A stretch of 24,956 nt of DNA from a virus (lineage: Duplodnaviria > Caudoviricetes): positions 1 through 24,956 of the IMG/VR virus record IMGVR_UViG_3300050162_000053; one strand, written 5' to 3'. Below are positions 16,540-24,956 of the stretch, piece by piece. Below the pieces are notes generated by a model, which was not told the origin of the DNA, did no database searches, and saw only the letters and a list, made by a program, of their open reading frames with translations. The translations under genes were made by a program, and so were the position numbers. How positions within the stretch are numbered: the first letter of the stretch is position 1; each line of letters opens with the position of its first letter.

Positions 16540-17280
16540 ATGTCCCTCTCTAAAAACAAGTTCATCTTCAAGCGCCGCGCCATCGTTGGCTTGCTGGCTG
16601 GCCTATTGATCAGCTCCGGCTTGGTCATGGGCGCCGTGTCGCTGCCCAATGGCTCGACCGTCGCCATCGCGAGCGGATACGGCAGCGCCATCACAGTTTC
16701 GGCCATCACCAATGCTTCGCCCGCTGTCGTCACCACATCCACGGCTCACGGCCTTGCGACCGGCGATTTTGTGGAGGTGACGAGCGGATGGAGTCGCCTC
16801 GACCAGAAGGTTTGTCGCGTTACCCAGGTCACATCGACCACCATCAGCCTGGACAACATCGACACATCGCTGACCAGCATTTTCCCGGCAGGCGGCGGCA
16901 TTGGCTCGATCCGAAAAGTGACTGGATACACCCAGCTCTCGCAGATCTTGAGCTCAAGCTCCAGCGGCGGCGAGCAGCAGTTCGCCACATATCAATTCTT
17001 GGAGTCGGACAGCGAGAAACGCATCCCCACCACCAAGAGCGCGGCGGGTCTGACCTTCAGTGTTGCCGATGATCCCACCCAGGCCGGCTACATCCTGGCG
17101 TCTGCAGCCAATGATGACCGCCTCAAGCGCGCCATCAAGGTGACTCTGGCCAGTGGCAGCATCATTTCCTACAACGCCTACGTGTCTGTGAACAAGACGC
17201 CGAGCCTGACGGTCAATGAAGTGATGGCCGTGGAGGCCACCCTGTCTTTGCTGGCTGAGCCGGTGCGCTACGTTTCGTAA
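16540..17280 (+). CDS. major tail tube protein (Phage_tail_3 type) with N-terminal leader
   Basis: VSLPNGSTVAIASGYG, SGWSRLD, SSGGEQQF..YQFLE, IPTTKSA; GAAAGG RBS upstream of ATG 16540. Confidence 0.88.
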   Translation: MSLSKNKFIFKRRAIVGLLAGLLISSGLVMGAVSLPNGSTVAIASGYGSAITVSAITNASPAVVTTSTAHGLATGDFVEVTSGWSRLDQKVCRVTQVTSTTISLDNIDTSLTSIFPAGGGIGSIRKVTGYTQLSQILSSSSSGGEQQFATYQFLESDSEKRIPTTKSAAGLTFSVADDPTQAGYILASAANDDRLKRAIKVTLASGSIISYNAYVSVNKTPSLTVNEVMAVEATLSLLAEPVRYVS

Positions 17281-17301
17281 TCAATCCGATCAATCCACCA
17301 T

Positions 17302-17326
17302 GAGCCTGCCGCGTGCGGGCTCTTTT
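17302..17326 (+). terminator. hairpin/terminator after the tail tube gene
   Basis: GAGCCTGC...GCGGGCTC followed by TTTT. Confidence 0.55.
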
Positions 17327-17339
17327 CATTGGAAAACAC

Positions 17340-17657
17340 ATGCCGAAACTGAAGCTGAACCCGAGCCCTACATTCGCCGCCAAGGTCACGATTCCATCGC
17401 CCGAGCCTGACCCGCAAGTCATCACCTTTACATTCCGCCACAAGACCAAGAAGGAGCTTGAGGAGTGGGCCACCAGCGAGGCCAGCAAAGAGCGCGGTGA
17501 TGCTGAGACAGTGATGGGCATTGCGACGGGATGGGATCTGGAAGAGCCCATGAATGCGGAAACTCTGGCAACCCTCTTTCAGAACTATCACGCATCGGCT
17601 CGCACCATTGTTGATGAGTACATGCGCGCTCTGACCCAGGCCCGCTTGGGAAACTGA
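17340..17657 (+). CDS. tail assembly chaperone (gpG-like)
   Basis: PTFAAKVTIP, FTFRHKT, GWDLEEP; ends ARLGN at a slippery site. Confidence 0.85.
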   Translation: MPKLKLNPSPTFAAKVTIPSPEPDPQVITFTFRHKTKKELEEWATSEASKERGDAETVMGIATGWDLEEPMNAETLATLFQNYHASARTIVDEYMRALTQARLGN

Positions 17658-17974
17658 AGGCGGCCGGCGCCGGGCTCTACCGGCCGGCGCCAACGGCCGC
17701 AGAGTGTTCTCGCCTTGGTCTGACATTGGCCGATGTGGAAGACCAGAACACGGTAGAGATCTGGCCCGACAACTGGCCTGCTATTGAGCTCTTCGAGCAG
17801 CTCGATACGCAGTGGCTAGTCGGCCCAGGTGGAGCTTACGGGCTGAACTACTCATCCCTGCAAAGCACTCTGTCCATGCTGGACATCGAGCGCGACCGCT
17901 GGGCTGATCTGTTTTCAGACATCCGAATTCTTGAGGCGTCAGCGCTCAAGCAAATGAGCAGCAATCGCTCGTAA
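17648..17974 (+). CDS. gpT-like chaperone extension (DUF1799 type), expressed by -1 frameshift
   Basis: The -1 frame is open from GGGAAAC (17648) to 17974; IWPDNW...TQW.VG.GG.YGLNY...IRILE motifs. Confidence 0.8.
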   Translation, partial: GKLKAAGAGLYRPAPTAAECSRLGLTLADVEDQNTVEIWPDNWPAIELFEQLDTQWLVGPGGAYGLNYSSLQSTLSMLDIERDRWADLFSDIRILEASALKQMSSNRS

Positions 17975-17981
17975 GGACACC

Positions 17982-20918
17982 ATGTCCCAAGACATCACCA
18001 CCATCGGCCTTGCGGTCGACACATCCGGCGTCAAGGCGGCAAACACCGAGCTGGACAAGTTCAGCGCAACCGGCGCCAAGGTTGAATCTGCGACGGATCG
18101 CATCGAGGCCGGACTGAAGCAAGTCGGCACAGCCAGCCAGGCGGCGGCGGCCAACTTTGCATTGCTCACCACCGAGCAGGGCAGGAACACCGCAAGCGCG
18201 CGAATCCTTGAGGGCATTCGAGTTGCTCAGCAGGCCTCTCTCAAGGGTCAGTACGACGCGCAACAGAAGTTCATCGCGTCTCTGAAGGATGAGGCCGATG
18301 CGGTCGGGAAGACGCGCGCCGAACTGATGGCAATGAAGGCGGCGCAGCTCGGCGTGTCCGACTCTGCGGCGCCACTGATCGCCCGGCTCACCGCTGCAAA
18401 CAAGGTGAACGCATCATTCGCAGCCGGCAACAAGATGAGCGCCTTTCAGGCCCAACAACTCAGCTTCCAGCTGAACGACTTGTTCGTACAGATTGCGAGC
18501 GGCGCGTCTCCGTTGATCGCTCTGATTCAGCAGGGCTCTCAGTTGTCTGGCACCTTCGGTGGCATTCGCGGTGCACTGGCCGCCGTGGCATCTACCTTGA
18601 CCGGTACCGTCTTGACTGTTGGTGCCACTGCTGCCAGCTTTGCGGCCCTGGCTTACGCCTACTACGAGGGCGGGCAGCGAAGCAAGTCTTTTTCCGACGC
18701 AATCAGGCTCACTGGGAATGCGGCCGGCTTGACTGAAGGTCAGTTCAATTCACTGACGGAAACCGTCGCCAAGTTCACTGGCACATCAATGGGCGCAGCC
18801 AGAGAGGCCCTGCAAGCCTTTGTCAGCACCGGCCAATTCAGCGGGGATGCGCTCACAAAATCAACGGAAGCGGCACTGCTGTTTTCAAAGGCTTCAGGCC
18901 AGTCCATCGAAGACGTTGTAAAGCAGTTCGCAACGCTGGCCGACTCCCCGTCGCGCGCCGTGGAGGCGCTCAATAAGAAAATGAATCTGCTGAACGCGGA
19001 TCAAACCAAGTACGTCAAGACGCTTGAAGACCAGGGCGACTCGCAAAAGGCCGTGATCGTCGTGATGGATGCGCTCAATGCGCGCCTCAAGACTGGCGGA
19101 GAAAAGGCCGGCACAGCAGAGAAGGCACTGATAGCGCTCAAGGATGCTTTTGACTCACTCAGCGGAAAAGCAGGATCGACCATCACCTTCGATGATCAGA
19201 TTACAAAAATAACCGCAAGGATTCAGGCAGAAACAGCAAAGCTGAACGCGCTTCAGTCCCCGAGCATTAACGCCCCGCAGGTCAACCCAGCCGAGAGCGA
19301 ATCGGTCATCAAGGCGCGCATCGCAGGCCTGCAGAAAGAGCTCGAGCAGCGGCAGGCGCTCAAGAAGGCCAAAGAGGATGAGGCGAAGGAGACCAGCGAC
19401 AGCGCCAATAGGGAGAAAGACAAGACCGAGTACCTGAAGCTCCAAGAAGCCAGCATGACGCGTCAGCAGCGGCTTGCTAAGGCTATTGCAGATGCCAATG
19501 CAAAGATGGATAAGGCCGGCGTCTCTGAGGCAGATCGCAAGCCGGTGCTGGCGTCCATTCGAGAGCAATTTGACCCAGGCATTGATACCTCAAAGTCCGG
19601 GAGTGCCATCGCTGTGATTCAGCGCCAGCTTGAGCAACTGAATACGGCCTATAGCGCGTCAGAGTCGATTCTTGAGGCTACTCGCCAAGCTGGGTTGATG
19701 TCGGAGCAAGAGTACTACGACGCGAAAAGTGGGTTCATCAAGCTCGACCAGGCCGCCCAGGTGTCGGCTATGTTGGCTGAAAACGCCGTCATTGAGAGGT
19801 CAAACCAGAACATCCGGCTCACGACTGCGGAGCGAATCGCCAACGGATCAAAGATCGCCGACAACCTGGCAAAGATTGACGGCATCAATACCAAAGCAGC
19901 GGCCTCGACTGCAATTCTTGGGGTCCAACAACAGAGCGCATCTGCCGCAATGGCAAAGGCCTTCGAGCAAGCGCGCCAATCAGCATCCGACTATCTGCGC
20001 ACCCTATACCGAGCCCAGCAGCAAGAGCTCGACATGCTCGGCATGGGAACTGCGGCCCGCCAGCAAGCGCAGGGTCGCAACCAGATCAGCAATCGCTATG
20101 ACGACGAGCGCCGCCGCATTCAAAACGAACGCGCACTGCTGGAGACACAACAAAAGGGGAGCCTGACCAGCGACCAAGAAAAGCGCTTTTCTGATCAGCT
20201 TGCCCTGCAGGACGAGTTCGAGAAAAAGGCGCTGGCGTCCTATGACGACTACACGGCACAAAAAACCAACTCAGACAAGAGGTGGCAAGTCGGGGCCAGC
20301 GAGGCCATGGCCAATTACCTCAACGAGGCGAACAACACGGCCAAGCTTGTTGAAACCTTCTATACCAATTCGCTAAGCAGCATTGAAGATTCTTTGGTCA
20401 GCTTTGTTACCACCGGGAAGCTGAACTTCAGCAGCCTGGCCAATTCAATCATTGCTGATCTCGTCCGCATTCAGATCAAGCAATCGCTGGCGAATGTCGT
20501 GTCCAACTACGGAAGTTACTTGACGCAGGCCGGGAGCTATTTGTTCGGTGGCGATGGCTCTTCATCTGCATCATCGACCGTCAGCAGCCAGTATTCATTG
20601 GATACATCAGGCGTTCGTCTTGGCAAGGCGATTGGCGGCACTGTTTCTTCTGGCGGCATGTACCCAGTCATTGAAAAGGGAACCCCTGAGGTCGCCAAGC
20701 TCAACGGCAAATCCTATCTGCTGACGGGTGACACATCGGGCACCGTCACTCCGGCTTCTGGTGCGACTGGCCAGCAGGCGAACTTCACCTTCAACATCGG
20801 CAGCGGCGTCACGCGCAATGAGCTCGCGGCCATGCTGCCAGAGCTCAAGAAGCAATGGGCCGCCGAGTACACGGCTCAGCAGCGGCGAACATCCGTCATG
20901 GGTGGAGGGGTGAGCTGA
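17982..20918 (+). CDS. tail tape measure protein (lambda type)
   Basis: 978 aa, Ala-rich helical; QLNDLFVQIASG.SPL..LIQQGSQL; C-terminal FVTTGKLNFSSLANSIIADL.RI. Confidence 0.93.
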   Translation: MSQDITTIGLAVDTSGVKAANTELDKFSATGAKVESATDRIEAGLKQVGTASQAAAANFALLTTEQGRNTASARILEGIRVAQQASLKGQYDAQQKFIASLKDEADAVGKTRAELMAMKAAQLGVSDSAAPLIARLTAANKVNASFAAGNKMSAFQAQQLSFQLNDLFVQIASGASPLIALIQQGSQLSGTFGGIRGALAAVASTLTGTVLTVGATAASFAALAYAYYEGGQRSKSFSDAIRLTGNAAGLTEGQFNSLTETVAKFTGTSMGAAREALQAFVSTGQFSGDALTKSTEAALLFSKASGQSIEDVVKQFATLADSPSRAVEALNKKMNLLNADQTKYVKTLEDQGDSQKAVIVVMDALNARLKTGGEKAGTAEKALIALKDAFDSLSGKAGSTITFDDQITKITARIQAETAKLNALQSPSINAPQVNPAESESVIKARIAGLQKELEQRQALKKAKEDEAKETSDSANREKDKTEYLKLQEASMTRQQRLAKAIADANAKMDKAGVSEADRKPVLASIREQFDPGIDTSKSGSAIAVIQRQLEQLNTAYSASESILEATRQAGLMSEQEYYDAKSGFIKLDQAAQVSAMLAENAVIERSNQNIRLTTAERIANGSKIADNLAKIDGINTKAAASTAILGVQQQSASAAMAKAFEQARQSASDYLRTLYRAQQQELDMLGMGTAARQQAQGRNQISNRYDDERRRIQNERALLETQQKGSLTSDQEKRFSDQLALQDEFEKKALASYDDYTAQKTNSDKRWQVGASEAMANYLNEANNTAKLVETFYTNSLSSIEDSLVSFVTTGKLNFSSLANSIIADLVRIQIKQSLANVVSNYGSYLTQAGSYLFGGDGSSSASSTVSSQYSLDTSGVRLGKAIGGTVSSGGMYPVIEKGTPEVAKLNGKSYLLTGDTSGTVTPASGATGQQANFTFNIGSGVTRNELAAMLPELKKQWAAEYTAQQRRTSVMGGGVS

Positions 20919-21505
20919 TGGCAACCTATGACTACCCCGTCAAGCTCAAGCCGGAGTCCATCATTTGGACGAGCATCAAGAGTGCCGTTCAGTCCAGGTC
21001 GCCCATCACTGGCGCCACCGAGGTGATCGAGTTCCCGGCCGAGCGCTGGGGGTTGTCGATCAATCTTCCGGTGCGATTCGACTTCGATGGAGGCGAGGCT
21101 GAGGCGTTCTTCTCGCGCATCGCTGGCGGTGTTGATCGCGTCCATATCTGGAACTTCATGCGGCCCATTCCGCTCGGAACAATGCGCGGAACTCCGACGA
21201 TTGCAGAGGCGGCAGTTCGCGGACAACAGTTCCTGAAGATTGCGGCCAATGGAAGCCTAAAAGCTGGCGACTTTTTCCAAGTTCGAACGCAGCTATTTCA
21301 GTGCTTCATGGACTGCGAGTCGGTTGCTGGCGTTATTACCGTTCCGGTTGTTCATCGTGTCAGGTCTTCGATCACTGTTGGCTCTGCGGTGGCGTGGGAT
21401 CGCCCTACAGCCCTGTTCGTCATGCCTGGAACATCCAGCAGCGTGAACTACGGCGGCGGCGTGATGCAGCCCATCACCATTGATCTCTTGGAGGTCTACA
21501 AGTGA
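20918..21505 (+). CDS. distal tail protein (Dit-like)
   Basis: Start ATG overlaps the tape measure stop (TGATG); gene order. Confidence 0.65.
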   Translation: MATYDYPVKLKPESIIWTSIKSAVQSRSPITGATEVIEFPAERWGLSINLPVRFDFDGGEAEAFFSRIAGGVDRVHIWNFMRPIPLGTMRGTPTIAEAAVRGQQFLKIAANGSLKAGDFFQVRTQLFQCFMDCESVAGVITVPVVHRVRSSITVGSAVAWDRPTALFVMPGTSSSVNYGGGVMQPITIDLLEVYK

Positions 21506-22071
21506 GCGGCGCCCGCGAGCTTTTGCCAGGCGCACTGGCGGTGCTAGGCAATAACCTGGCCGCCGCCGTCTTTGTGGAAATGCGCCTAGCCACGCCCATC
21601 TATATGTGCAATGCCGCCATCGACATTGAGGCGGAAGGCAAGACGTGGATTGGTGTTGAGCAGATGCAGGTCCAGGAGGTGTCAGAGTCATCGGGCCAAG
21701 TGGATCAAATGCAGTTCACGCTGCCTGCCGTGCCGAACGACTATCTCTCGCTGGCGCTGTCCACCACTATCCGATCAAAGACCGTAGTGCTTTACCTCGG
21801 CATCTTCTCTCCCGACACGCAAGAGGTGCTGCAGTTGCTGCGCCTGTGGTCTGGCCAGCTCGATCAGATGCCCGTCAAGTTTGGTCCTGAGACGGCATCC
21901 ATCACCGTCACCGCCGAGCACCGCGCCGTGGCCTACGCCAGGCCCAAGCCGTCGCGCTACACCGACGCCGAGCAGCGCCGCCTGCATGCCGGCGACAAGT
22001 GCTTGCAATACCTCATCAGCCAAAGCCAGGCGCAAGACATCTGGCCATCTGCGGACTGGTTTAAACAATGA
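21502..22071 (+). CDS. minor tail tip protein
   Basis: LWSGQLD, RYTDAEQRR..GD motifs; coupled GTG start; gene order. Confidence 0.7.
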   Translation: MSGARELLPGALAVLGNNLAAAVFVEMRLATPIYMCNAAIDIEAEGKTWIGVEQMQVQEVSESSGQVDQMQFTLPAVPNDYLSLALSTTIRSKTVVLYLGIFSPDTQEVLQLLRLWSGQLDQMPVKFGPETASITVTAEHRAVAYARPKPSRYTDAEQRRLHAGDKCLQYLISQSQAQDIWPSADWFKQ

Positions 22072-22496
22072 GCTCAGAACAAGCCACCAAGCCAGCGCGC
22101 TACCGCGACTGGCAGAGCCGCCTTGCGTCTTTCATCGCCTCGCGTGAGGCGGCTCCGTTTGAATGGGGCTGCAACGACTGCGCGCTGTTTGTAGTTGATG
22201 CCGTGCAGTCCATCTGTGGACATGACGCCGCCGCCGATGTGCGCGGCTACAGCACCGCGCTGGAGGCCGCTCGCGTAGTTGATCGGCTGGGCGGCATGCG
22301 CGCCATCGGCGCAAGCCGGTTCGGTGAAGAGATCGTGCCCGCGCTAGCGCAAGTGGGTGATGTGGGCCTGGCGGTGCTGGACGGCCGAGAAACCCTGATG
22401 CTATGCGGCGGCTCGCGCTGGCTTGGGCCGGGGCCTGATGGCCTGGTGCGCCTGCCTGCTGGCGCCGAGATCAGCGCCGCATGGAGGTGCATCTAA
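22068..22496 (+). CDS. NlpC/P60-like tail protein (DUF6950 type)
   Basis: DWQSRL, PFEWGCNDCALF, AQVGDVG, C-terminal AWR. Confidence 0.75.
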   Translation: MSSEQATKPARYRDWQSRLASFIASREAAPFEWGCNDCALFVVDAVQSICGHDAAADVRGYSTALEAARVVDRLGGMRAIGASRFGEEIVPALAQVGDVGLAVLDGRETLMLCGGSRWLGPGPDGLVRLPAGAEISAAWRCI

Positions 22497-24956
22497 TGCC
22501 GCCCGTCGTTGCAGCAGTCGCCGCAAATTATGTTTTGGGGGCAGCCGTCAGTTACGGGCTCATATCACTTGGATCGGCCGTATTTCTGGTGGCTTCATAT
22601 GCCGTCGGTCAGTACCAGGCCGCCAAAGCTCGAAAGGCGGCGAAAGAGGCCTACAACAACAGCCTCACTGACCGACTCGTCATGGAGTCAACGGTCAGCC
22701 AGGCGCGCAGCCGCTGCTACGGCCGCGTGCGCAATGTGGATGGCATTTTGTTCAAAGCCACGCACGGCGATAAGAAGCAGTACTACACCCTAGTTATCGC
22801 CCTAGTCGGGCATGAAATAGACGGGGTAGAGCAGGTCTATTTTGGTGACACGCCCGTCGCGTTGGACCCTTATGGTTGGGTGCTCACCACGCCTTGGAAT
22901 GGCAGCACTACCAGCACCGGCTCGGTGAGCATCCCTGCCGGCGCCACCACGGCCACGCTGCCCGATGTGCCAGACGCTGGCAGCGTCAGCGTGGTTGCAC
23001 ACACGCCCGATGGCGATGTGATCATTGCCGCTGGTGCCGATATTGATGACATCGACTTTGGCGGCGGCATGATTGGCTTTGCGCGCACCGTCATCTATCA
23101 GTCCACCAACTCAACCAGCAAGGCGCGCGTCCGCGTTTACAACGGCAGCGAATCCCAAGACCTCAGCACCGAGCTGGCTGCTGACTTGCCAGATCTCATC
23201 ACGGCGGGTGACCAGCGCTTTGCGGGCATCGCTTGCATGCGAGTGGATCTGACCTATGACCAAGATGCCTTCACGGCTGGTGTGCCCAACCCCATCAGTG
23301 CCACATTCAGGGCGGCTCGCGTGTATGACCCGCGAACCGGGCTGACACAGTGGACAGAAAACCCTGCGCTCATTGCGCGTGATTGGTCTCTGTATGCACA
23401 CGGAGGCGCCTGCGAAGCAGACGACATCATTGAGCAGGATCTCATCACCGCAGCAAACGCCTGCGACGTGCGGCACGTTTTTTCGAGCGTTGACGATGAA
23501 GGCATCACCGTCAACACCGAGCGGGCGCTGTACGCCTGTGGCATCGTCTGCAGCACCGAGGCCAACCCGTCCGACACGCTAGCCGCTATTTGCGAAAGCA
23601 TGGCCGGTGAGTACGCATGGGTGGGCGGCCAGCTCTCTATCCGTGCGGGCGTCTACAGCGCACCGGTCGGCACCATTACCGCCGATTGGCTGAGCGACAA
23701 AGGCTCCATCGAGATGGTCAAAGACGCTGCGCGCAGCGATCTTGTCAACGTCATCACGCCCACCATTTCAAACGCGGCTGACGCCTACGTCGCAGGCCCC
23801 ATCCCGCGCATTCCAGCCGCCGCCTACATTGCCGACGATGGCGAGGAGTACCCCGCCGAGCTCACTTATGAGGGCGTGACCGATGCAGACCATGCCGCTC
23901 ACATTGCCGGCGTCAGCATGCGTGACGCGCGCTCAGCCCGCACCTACAAGTTGCCAGTCAACCTGCTGGGCCTGCAGTGCAAGATGTTCGAGACCTGGAC
24001 GGTCAACATCCCGGAGGTCGGCCTAGCAAATGTGCCCATGCGCATCGTGGCATGGAGCCTGAATTTTGAGCAGGCCTATGTGTGGCTCACACTCAAAGAA
24101 ACCAGCGCCACCATCTTTGACCCAGCCGCCACGTTTGAGCGCGACAACCCACTCAAAAACAACTCACTACCAAACGTGTATGACGTGCCCGACCTTGGCG
24201 CGCTGACGCTAGACAGTGGCACCAATCAACTCCTGCGCCAAGCGGATGGGACCATCGTCTCTCGCCTGCTGGTGCAGTGGCCCGCCGTGCAAGATGAGGC
24301 GGTGCGCAATGGCGGCAGCATCGAGCTGCGCTATGGCCCGTTTGGCACCTCACCCGCCAATTGGCAGACCATCGAGGCGCCAGGTACCGACACGCAGATT
24401 CACATCCTCGGCGTGCAAGACGGGAAAGTCTATGCCGTGTCTGGCCGGGCGCGCAACAAGCTGGTGGCTGGTGCATGGAGCAAGCTCGCGCTGGAGGTCA
24501 TAACAGGCAAGACGGCTATCCCGGTTGACGTGCAGGGCTTTGCGCTCGCCGTCATTCCCGGCGCTCTGCGCGGCACCCGCACGCCCAGCACCGAGGCTGA
24601 TTACGCATCCACCCTTTACCGCGTCGGCGCTAATCCGGATGTAGCCACCGCCGTGCCGGGCACTAGTGACGCTTTGGGCTTTACTTGGCCGTGGCCATCG
24701 CTTGGCGCCAAGACGATCTGGGCGGCCGACGTTGACACCAGCGGTAACGTCGGCGGCTGGGTCAGCCAAACCGTCACCGTCGGCACGGATCTGCTCATCG
24801 GAGCCAGCGGCATTGATGCGCCGGCTGAATGGCTCAATAGCAATGTGTCCCTACAGTCTCTGGGTCAGCAAACCTGGAGCGTGGTGGCCGTTGGCGCCAG
24901 CAACACCGCCACACCGCCGGCCGCCAGCGGCACACATTACAACGGTCAGCACCTCA
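22496..24956 (+). CDS. tail tip attachment / host-specificity protein J-like (3' truncated)
   Basis: ATG 22496 overlaps the TAA stop (MPPVVAAVAANYVLG...RSRCYGRVR...GHEIDG...VYDPRTG..WTENPAL.ARD). No stop seen in the parts translated; absent from the ORF track, consistent with running off the window end. Confidence 0.85.
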   Translation, partial: MPPVVAAVAANYVLGAAVSYGLISLGSAVFLVASYAVGQYQAAKARKAAKEAYNNSLTDRLVMESTVSQARSRCYGRVRNVDGILFKATHGDKKQYYTLVIALVGHEIDGVEQVYFGDTPVALDPYGWVLTTPWNGSTTSTGSVSIPAGATTATLPDVPDAGSVSVVAHTPDGDVIIAAGADIDDIDFGGGMIGFARTVIYQSTNSTSKARVRVYNGSESQDLSTELAADLPDLITAGDQRFAGIACMRVDLTYDQDAFTAGVPNPISATFRAARVYDPRTGLTQWTENPALIARDWSLYAHGGACEADDIIEQDLITAANACDVRHVFSSVDDEGITVNTERALYACGIVCSTEANPSDTLAAICESMAGEYAWVGGQLSIRAGVYSAPVGTITADWLSDKGSIEMVKDAARSDLVNVITPTISNAADAYVAGPIPRIPAAAYIADDGEEYPAELTYEGVTDADHAAHIAGVSMRDARSARTYKLPVNLLGLQCKMFETWTVNIPEVGLANVPMRIVAWSLNFEQAYVWLTLKETSATIFDPAATFERDNPLKNNSLPNVYDVPDLGALTLDSGTNQLLRQADGTIVSRLLVQWPAVQDEAVRNGGSIELRYGPFGTSPANWQTIEAPGTDTQIHILGVQDGKVYAVSGRARNKLVAGAWSKLALEVITGKTAIPVDVQGFALAVIPGALRGTRTPSTEADYASTLYRVGANPDVATAVPGTSDALGFTWPWPSLGAKTIWAADVDTSGNVGGWVSQTVTVGTDLLIGASGIDAPAEWLNSNVSLQSLGQQTWSVVAVGASNTATPPAASGTHYNGQHL

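Noticed and set aside
22496-22610. Hydrophobic N-terminus of the J-like protein as a fourth leader
   Set aside because: Hydrophobic N-termini are usual in such tail tip proteins and it lacks a basic n-region. A GLISLG segment is only a weak, off-register match, so it was not counted.
22497-24956. Apparent gene-poor region in the ORF track
   Set aside because: Artefact: the long J-like ORF appears to run off the window end, and the short listed ORFs are off-frame shadows.

Overview
This window is a contiguous, all plus-strand segment of a temperate lambdoid siphovirus or prophage, GC-rich and probably from a Betaproteobacterium (inference). It runs from the nin region (3' end of ninB, PAPS-reductase-like protein, MazG-like protein, RusA, Ref-like nuclease, DUF6011) through a Q-like antiterminator and late promoter. 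The packaging and head genes follow (TerS, TerL, DUF4055 portal, minor head protein, scaffold, P22-coat-family capsid), then head-tail connectors, tail tube, frameshifted tail chaperones, tape measure and tail tip genes; the J-like gene is truncated at the window end. The most notable observation is that scaffold, major capsid and tail tube each carry a 25-43 aa basic-then-hydrophobic N-terminal leader ending in a shared motif (G-[LI]-[IV]-x-[FG]|[GA]). A small membrane-anchored HExxH (M48/M56-like) metallopeptidase gene sits in the slot where a prohead protease gene normally lies. Together these suggest a leader-peptide/peptidase maturation system for virion proteins. Family assignments come from motif recognition and gene order only; no searches were run.
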